Assembly (NCBI RefSeq): GCF_000008365.1
Contig: NC_006908.1
Location: forward strand, 330,001 to 362,000
Direction of reading: 5' to 3'
Length of the DNA stretch: 32,000 bases
Origin: Mycoplasma mobile 163K
GTDB taxonomy: Bacteria; Bacillota_I; Bacilli_A; Mycoplasmatales; Metamycoplasmataceae
Shown: one piece after another, positions 24,506 to 32,000 of the stretch
Numbering within the stretch: the first letter of the stretch is position 1
Layout: the number at the start of each line of letters is the position of its first letter
Notes under the pieces: model-generated
Told to the model about the DNA's origin: nothing
Database searches by the model: none
The model's input: only the letters and a program-made list of their open reading frames with translations
Translations under genes and position numbers: made by a program

Positions 24506-25972
24506 TTAGACATTATTCTTATAAAATTCTTTTAATTTTTTGCGTTTTTGAGGGTGCTTCAATTTTCTTAAAATTTTTGATTCCAATGAACGCACTTTTT
24601 CTTTTGAAATTTGTAATTCAGCAGCAAGTTCTTCTAGAGAATGACTTGAGATTCGATTACCATCTTTATCAACGCCAATTCCAAATCTTTTTTTAATTAA
24701 ATCACGTTCAGCTTCATCTAAATGTTTTTCTAAAATATCAGTTAAGATACCACTTAATTCATTTTGACTAGCAAATTCTAAAGGTGAAACAACACTTTCA
24801 TCCTTAACAAAATCACTAAAAGATGAATCATCATCTTTACCAATAGATTTATCTAAAGAAATCGGATCGATATTAATTTTTCTTATGTATTGTACTTTTT
24901 CAGCTGTAAAATTGTTTCCATATTTTTCAGCAATTTGTTTATCAGTTGGAGGCACACCTAATTCTTGATGTAACTCTCTTTCAATTTTAATAATTTTATT
25001 AATTGTTTCGACCATATGAACAGGTACTCTAACAATTCTCGCTTGATCAGCAACAGCACGAGTAATAGCTTGTCTTACTCATCAAGTTGCATAAGTAGAA
25101 AATTTAAATCCTCTACGATAATCATATTTTGTTGCAGCTTTAATTAATCCAGCATTACCTTCAGAAATTAAATCGATAAAACTTAGCCCTCGATTTTTAT
25201 ATTTTTTAGCATTATTAATAACTAAACGCAAATTGTGATGGATTAAAGCATTAAAAGCTTTTTTTCCTTTTCTTCCATTGCGATCTTCTTCAATTTGTTT
25301 TGAGTATTTAATTTCTTCTTCTTTATCAAGAACTTTACCGTGTTTACCAACTCAACTCATGTATCATTTAACAATTTCACGAATAACAATTTCTCTATTA
25401 CCACTTTTTTTAACTTTTGATTTAGCACCTTTTTTAGCATTTGCACTATATTCTAAATCGATAAATTCATCTAAATCATCTAAAACAATTTCATCATCAC
25501 TGATCTCATCTAAAGAAAAGTTTTCATCATCACTACTTAATTCAGCAGAATCATAATCTTCAGTTTTATCTAAATCTTCATCTAATCAAGAATCATCGTC
25601 ATTATCTTCTTCATCATCTTCATCTTGTTCTAATGAACTTAAATCAATATCATCATCATCAATTTCATCTAAATCTTTAACAATTTTTGCTTTTTTAGTT
25701 CCGTTAACTTCTCCTAAAAAATCATCCATATCAATTTCTTCTAAATCACCATCATCAGCAACATTAGAAAGAACTTTAGCTTCAATTAAAGCATTAAACA
25801 AATCATCTGTATCTGCTTCATCTACATCGATATTCTTACTAATTAAAAAATCAAAAACTTCTTGTTGAGACAAATTCTTTTTCTCAATTCCATTTTTTTT
25901 GTTTATTCTTTCTAAATCTTTTTTTAAAGCATTGATTATACTCTTAAAATCACTTGCATTTTTTTCACTCAT
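24506..25972 (-). CDS. rpoD: RNA polymerase primary sigma factor
   Basis: Track ORFs 24506-25015 and 25586-25984 share one frame. The bridging part reads '[27 protein letters not shown]', with both W encoded by TGA at 25079-25084. Acidic region 1.1. Region 4 '[30 protein letters not shown]'. The start is probably the ATG at 25972 (MSEKNASDF), with GTG at 25984 as an alternative. Confidence 0.95.
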
Positions 25973-26200
25973 TAAAATCACCACTTTCGCTAAAATTTAC
26001 TTTCATTCACATTATAATTATTTATAATTTTACTCTAAAAAAAATTTAGTATAATTATTTTGTTTAGGAATAAATTTTTTTATACTTAATTTTTCTAATT
26101 TATCAATTCTTTTTAATGTATAAAGATAAAGAAATTACAACTTTTTTGAAGTCTTTAATGTATAATTAAAATAATATATTTTATATTGGAAAGGACAAAA

Positions 26201-27811
26201 ATGTCACCAAAAACAAAACAAATAAGTTTCTTATCTGCTTTAGTTGTTGTTGTAGGAACAGTAATTGGAGCAGGAATTTTTTTCAAAAATAAATTTGTTA
26301 TTTCGACAACAAGCACAGTAAATGCAGGAATTGCCCAAGCAAATATAGGTGCTGCAATTTCAGCATGAATTATTTCAGCAATTGGAATTATTGCTATTGC
26401 TGTTTGCTTAATTGAATTAGCAACTGCAACAAAAAATGATAAAGGAATATTAGCTTGAGTTAAAAACTTTACGAAAAAATGAATGTCAAGATTTGCAAGT
26501 TCATATATGTTAATTTTTTATTTACCTCTAACAACACTTGCTTTATCATTTTTCGTTGTTCAAGCAATTCAAGATGCCTCAGGAAATTCGTTTCAATTAG
26601 ATGGATGAGTAGCTTCAGCAATTGCATTTGGACTTTTTGCATGAATTGCCTTAACAAGCTTTTTTAGTATAAAAGCAGCTGGAATTTTACAATGAATTTT
26701 TACAATTGGAGGAAATGCTTTACCACTTTTGATTATTCCGATCATTGCATTTTTTAACCCTGGAAATAGCGTTGATCCAAATTTTGTCGCTAATAGTAAT
26801 TTAAATCAACCAACAGGATTAAGTCAATTGTTTGTTGGATTTGGAATTTTAGCAGCTATTCCTTCAATTATGTTCTCATTTGATGGATTTTATACAGCAA
26901 CAGCTTTAAGATCGAAATTAAAAGATCCTAACAAATTACCTTCAATTATGATTGTTGGATTAATTATAGTTACTGTATTATATTTATTCTTAACAATTGG
27001 ATTTGTAATTGGTTCAGCAGATGGAACAAGTAATGGAGTTTTTGGAACTAATATTATTCCAAGATGATTACAAATAATACTATCTTCATTTATTGCTTTA
27101 GCAGTTATGTCCACACTAAATGGATATGCTTTATCTTCAGCTCCTATTTTTAAGGCTACTGATGAAGAAAAAGAGTTACATTTTATAGGTTGATTTAAAA
27201 GAGTCTTTAAAATTAAAGATCAATTAACAGCAGCATTCTTAGTATTTTTTGCAATTGTTAGCATTTCTTATTTAATAATTATTCCAGTAGGTCTATATGC
27301 TTGACAAATTGGTGAAGTAAAAACTTACGGATCAGCTGGATTATTATATAATTTTGTTGATATTATTACAAACTTTGCTTCAATTATGGCTTATCTATTT
27401 ATTGGAGTTTCTATTCATGGAGCTTTAATTAACAGAAAGAAAAACTTTGTAAAAGTTAAAAAATATAAATATTTTGTACCTGTTGCATGAATTGCTTTGA
27501 TTTTTGTTTATATTTCTGTTGTCTTTTTCTTTATTGATTCAATCGTTTCTATTCCCTTATCAAATGTTCAAGTATTCAATGATCATGTTGGTATAATAGA
27601 TCAAGTTGGCTCAAGAACTGCATCATTAAACAATATGGTTACAGCAATAGTTAGATTAGGATTTTTCATATTCTCTTTTGCGGTTTGTGTTGGAATAACA
27701 CTTATTGAAAGTTGAATTGAAAAAAAATATTATAAAAATAAATCTAAACCAGTTATTGTTGATGAAGTTGAAGAATTAGAAAAAATTTCTAAAAAACTAA
27801 TAAATAGTTAA
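26201..27811 (+). CDS. APC-superfamily amino acid (or polyamine) permease
   Basis: ATG at 26201 follows GGAAAGGA. 'ISFLSALVVVVGTVIGAGIFFKN'. Track ORFs 26186-, 26729- and 27497- are in one frame via many TGA codons. Multi-pass hydrophobic profile. Stop TAA at 27809-27811. Confidence 0.8.
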
Positions 27812-27813
27812 AT

Positions 27814-27836
27814 AAAAAAGCCTAATAGGCTTTTTT
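27814..27836. terminator. bidirectional hairpin terminator between the convergent permease and dnaG genes
   Basis: AAAAAAGCCT-AAT-AGGCTTTTTT. It overlaps the dnaG stop codon. Confidence 0.5.
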
Positions 27837-29666
27837 ATTTTTTAAAAATTCTTTTTTCATAATTTCCAAAGTTGAATCGTCAATATTTTCATTGTTTTTC
27901 AATTTGATTCCTATTTCATTAATTAATAGCGAGCTTGATTCATAATTTTTCAAACTTTCTAGAAGAATTTCAAAATTTTTGCTTTCATTAAATTTTGGAT
28001 AATTTATTAAATATTTTTGTTTTAATAAATTATCAATAAATTCTTTTTCTTTAGAATCAAATAATTCACTAGCTTTTATTACTTCTTTTTTATCTAAAGA
28101 AGTAACTAATTTTTCTGCAATTTCATTCAATGCTAAATTTTTCAAAACAAAATCATTTTTTTTAATTGAAAATAAAACAATCAATTCCTTTTTAGGATCT
28201 TTTCTATAAGAATCAAATAGAGATAAAATAACTTTTTCACTTTGATTTAATTGTCAAAATTTAAAATCATTTATGTTTCAAAAATTATTTTGATAATTAG
28301 CCTTATACTTATTTTCTTTTTGGTAAGTATTTTTGTAGTTTTGATCAAAATCTAAAACATTATAATCTTGATTTTCTAAATTATTTGTTTTAAAAGCAAA
28401 ATATTTATCAATCAATTCTTGAGGAATTTTTTCAGTTTTTTTGATTTTATCTAAAATGATAATTTTTATATCTTGCTTTGCATGTTGCAAGTATTGAGAA
28501 TAAATTTTGCAAAAATCAATTATTTTTTCAGAATTATTTAATGAATTTATTTCTAAGAAATAGTCTAGAAGAAACTCAAAAACATTTTTTCTTGATTTTA
28601 CAATTTCTTCTAATCTAGATTGACCTAATCTGTTTAAAATTTCATCTGGGTCCATTTTCAAAGGATTGTTAATTATTTCGATTTCAAATTTATATTTAAT
28701 AATTTTATTAATAGATTTAATTGTTGCATTTTTACCAGCTAAATCACCATCAAGAAAAAAGACAATCTTTATGTCTTTGATGTTATTAAATAGTTTTATA
28801 TGATTGTTTGAAAAAGATGTCCCCATTAAAGCAGTAACATTTTTGATTCCGATTTTATATAAAGCAATTACATCCATGAACCCTTCACAAATAATTAATT
28901 CCTTTTTGTAAGTAATAAACTCTTTAGCTTTATTAAAATTATATAAAACATTACCTTTATTAAAAATTGCATTTTCTGATGTGTTTAAATATTTAACATT
29001 ATTTGAATTTGGAACAATTTCTCTTCCACTAAAACCTACTAAAAAATCATTCTCATCTTTAATTGGAAAAATCATTCTATTTTCAAAAAAATTTCCATTT
29101 TTAGAATTTATCAATGAAGCAACGGATAAAATTGCTTCATTGATTGTAGAATCTTTTTTCATGATCTTTTCTTTTAAATTTTCATTAGAAGCAAAACCTA
29201 GTTCAAAAAAATCTATTAAATTTGCATCATTAATATTTCTTGAATTTAAAAAACTAACTAAACTTTTATTTTGCTTGTCAAAAATGTTGTATTTGTAAAA
29301 ACTCAAAGCTAAATTATTAGCTTCAATAATTTGCTCTTGAGTTTTTGTTAAAATCACTCTTTGTTGTTTTTTTTCAGAAAATTCAAGATTAATTCCATTT
29401 TCTTGAGCAATCATTTTACTTGCTTCTAAAAAGCTTATTTTTAAAAATTTTTCAACAAAACTAATTGCATTTCCACCAACATTACATGCAAAACATTTAA
29501 AAACTTGTTTTTCTACAGAAACAGTTAATGAAGGTTTTGAGTCTTCGTGAAAAGGACAAATAGCTATATAATTTTTCCCTTTTTTAATTAAAGATAAATG
29601 ATTGTTTATTACAGTTACAATGTCAACTTGAGAAAGCAATTCATCAAAAATATTTTTATATTCCAT
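27822..29666 (-). CDS. dnaG: DNA primase
   Basis: Track ORFs 28278-29666 and 27822-28184 are in the same frame. The apparent stop at 28278-28280 is a TGA. Zinc finger 'CPFHEDSKPSLTVSVEKQVFKCFACNVGGNAISF'. TOPRIM 'ICEGFMDVIAL...FLDGDLAGKNA'. About 614 aa. Confidence 0.93.
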
Positions 29667-31032
29667 TCAATTCCTTTGTTAAATATGAAATTAAATCAAT
29701 TTTATTAATTCTAATTTGTTCCATTGTGTCTCTATTTCTAATAGTAAAACTTTGATTTTCAGCACTTTGATAATCATAAGTAAGAGCGAAAAATGTTCCA
29801 ATTGCATCTTGTCTTCTGTATCTTTTTCCAATTGAAGCAGATTCATCATAAGTAGTTCTGAAATTATGTTGTTTTAATCATTTGACTAATTCTTTGGATT
29901 CTTCACTGAATTTTTTTACTAAAGGCAAAACAGCAATTTGATAAGGTACTAAAAACTTATTTAATTTTAAAACCACTCTAGAATCTACTTCTAAAGTTTC
30001 TTCTTCATATGAAGAAGTCAAAATAGCAAGAGCTAAACGATCTAATCCCATAGAAGGTTCAATTACATGAGGAATATAAGTTATATTTTCAATTGAATCA
30101 AAATAAGATAATTCTTCATTTGTTGCTTTAGAGTGTGAAGACAAATCAAAATCTCCACGATTTGCCACTCCCAAAAGTTCTCCTCAACCAAAATCAAATT
30201 TAAATTCAATATCACTTGTAGCACTAGAATAATGAGATAATTCTTCCTTAGCATGTTTTCTAATTTTCAATAAATCTTTTTTAATTCCTAAAAATATCAA
30301 AAATTCATAACATTTTTTTAAATAATATTCAAAAGCTTTGTCAGAATCATTAGGATGAACAAAATATTCTAATTCCATTTGTTCAAATTCTCTTGTTCTA
30401 AAAATAAAATTACCTGGAGTTACTTCATTTCTAAAACTTTTTCCAATTTGACCAACTCCAAAAGGAATTTTAGTTCTTGTAGTTCTTAAAATATTTTTAA
30501 AATTAACAAAAATAGCTTGTGCAGTTTCAGGTCTTAAATAAATTTTATTTTTTGAATCTTCTAAAATTCCTTGATAAGTTTCAAACATTAAATTAAATTT
30601 TCTAATACTTGTTCAATCAGTTGCAACTCCTTCGTATTTAGTAATATTTCTTTTAATAAAATTTTCCATTTCGATTTCACTTAAAGTTTCGATTTTCATC
30701 AAAGGATCAAATTCTTCAATTAAATGATCAGCACGATATCTTTTGTTATTGATTTTATTTTCAATTAAAGGATCGCTAAAATTTCCAACATGTCCACTAG
30801 TTTTCCAAACTTCTGGATTCATTAAAATTTTTGCATCAATTAAGAAGTTGTTTTCTTCATTATGAATAAAATATTTAATTCATTCATTTTTAATATTGTT
30901 TAACAAAAGTGAACCTAAAGGTCCATAATCTCATGTATTTGCTAAACCTCCATAGATTTCGCTACCTTGATAGACAAAACCTTGTGTTTTTAAATGATTA
31001 ATTAAATTCACTAATTTATTATTCTTACTCAT
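29656..31032 (-). CDS. glyQS: glycine--tRNA ligase (alpha2 type)
   Basis: Start is the complement of 31030-31032 ('[40 protein letters not shown]'). Track ORFs 30613-, 30184- and 29878- are in one frame. '[13 protein letters not shown]', '[31 protein letters not shown]'. C-terminal '[21 protein letters not shown]'. Stop is the complement of 29656-29658, which overlaps the dnaG start by 11 nt. Confidence 0.93.
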
Positions 31033-31125
31033 GCTATTCACTTTTATATAACCTTTATTATTAATTTTTAAAAGAAACTTCTTTTAGTTTTAATTATATT
31101 ATATTTTACTCATTTTGTATTATAA

Positions 31126-31154
31126 GAAAAACACAAATCACATTGGATTTGTGT
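31126..31154 (-). terminator. rho-independent terminator downstream of glpF
   Basis: Stem ACACAAATC (31131-31139) pairs with GATTTGTGT (31146-31154). On the minus strand it is followed by a T-run (complement of 31127-31130). Confidence 0.6.
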
Positions 31155-31174
31155 TTAATTAAACAATATAAATT

Positions 31175-31945
31175 TTAATAAAATAATCCTGGAGTTACTA
31201 GCATTCCAACTAAACCACCTACAATAGGCCCAACTGAAGGAATTCAAGAATATGATCAATTTGAAGAACCTTTATTTGGAATTGGTAAAATAGAATGCAA
31301 AATTCTTGGTATTAAATCTCTTGCTGGATTTAATGAATATCCTGTTGTTGAACCTAAAGATACAGCAATACCAAAAATTATTCATCCAACATTAAATGCT
31401 CCTGGTAATGCTCCTGTTATTATTCCTATTGTTGTTGTTGGAGAAGTTACTGAAGAAGTAAAACTTAAAATTAAAACTAAGATAAATGTTGCAATTATTT
31501 CAACATAAAAATTATTTCATTTACTTTTAATTGCAGGACTTGTAAAAAAAGTGGCTCCAACTGCATCAGCATCTTCAGTTGCCTTATAATGATTTCAATA
31601 TAGGGAAATAACAATTAATTGTGCAGCTCCTGCTCCAAGAAATTCAGCTAGAATTGCTATAAAACCAAATTCTATAGGTAAATTTTTGTTAATCATATTT
31701 ATAATTACAAAAACAGGATTAATCATTCCATTAGGTACATTTATATTTCCTAAAGAAGCAACAGAAGTAGAAACCATAACCCCTAAAAATACTGCTGTCA
31801 TTCAACCAAAAGAAGCATATAAAAATCCTTGACCTGTTGCTTTAGTTTTTTTAAGAGCAATAGAAGCAACAACACCATTACCAATTAAAATTAAAATTAG
31901 AGTTCCAATAAATTCAGCACCAAAAAAGATTCCTAAATTATTCAT
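31175..31945 (-). CDS. glpF: MIP-family glycerol uptake facilitator / aquaglyceroporin
   Basis: Start is the complement of 31943-31945 ('MNNLGIFFGAEFIGTLILILIGNGVV'). The second-half motif 'LNPARDLIPRI' is present. Track ORF 31595-31801 is in frame. Stop is the complement of 31175-31177. Confidence 0.88.
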
Positions 31946-32000
31946 TTTTCACTTCTTCTATATCTTTAGATCAATTTAAAGTTCTTTTAACAGCCTCATT
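31938..32000 (-). CDS. glpK: glycerol kinase, extreme C-terminus (gene continues beyond the window)
   Basis: The minus strand reads '...NEAVKRTLNWSKDIEEVKNE*', resembling the GlpK C-terminal 'W.KAVKR...W' ending. The stop overlaps the glpF start (ATGAATAA). Only about 20 codons are visible. Confidence 0.55.

Noticed and set aside
25278-25556. 92-aa Ser/Leu-rich + strand ORF
   Set aside because: It is antisense to the acidic region 1.1 / linker of rpoD. This is a compositional artefact of reading GAT/GAA-rich coding sequence on the opposite strand.
27822-28184. Stand-alone 120-aa hypothetical protein downstream of dnaG
   Set aside because: It is in the same frame as dnaG and separated from it only by TGA (Trp) codons and sense codons. 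It is the C-terminal (DnaB-interaction) domain of a roughly 614-aa primase.

Overview
This is a very AT-rich chromosome segment of Mollicutes (Mycoplasma) type, and it only makes sense under genetic code 4 (TGA = Trp). Most fragments in the supplied ORF track join into full-length genes once in-frame TGA codons are read through. About two thirds of the window is ordinary housekeeping DNA. On the + strand: aspS (3' end), dinB, a nadD-yqeK fusion, mtnN, tpx, rpoB, rpoC and an APC-family permease. On the - strand: a TraX-like membrane protein, a DEAD-box helicase with a repetitive Arg/Ser-rich tail, a NIF3-family protein, rpoD, dnaG, glyQS, glpF and the 3' end of glpK. The one clearly accessory block is about 8.6 kb (15075-23686), between the rpoC terminator and the convergent nif3-rpoD genes. 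It is a type IC (EcoR124I-like) restriction-modification locus with the layout hsdR - hsdM1 - hsdS1 - hsdM2 - hsdS2. Four things in it stand out. (1) The 5' end of hsdR needs two separate +1 frameshift corrections, in an A5 run and a T4 run. (2) hsdS2 has a perfect 4 x 12 bp tandem repeat, (ELTA)4, in the central spacer helix that sets target-spacer length in this family. (3) The two target-recognition domains of hsdS1 begin with a 134-bp direct repeat that has only 2 mismatches. (4) The two hsdM paralogs share a 240-bp tract of perfect identity. I saw no tRNA, rRNA, CRISPR array, IS element, integrase or recombinase. I do not see evidence for a wholly new system. The most interesting biology is the likely variability and partial decay of this double-module type I R-M locus.
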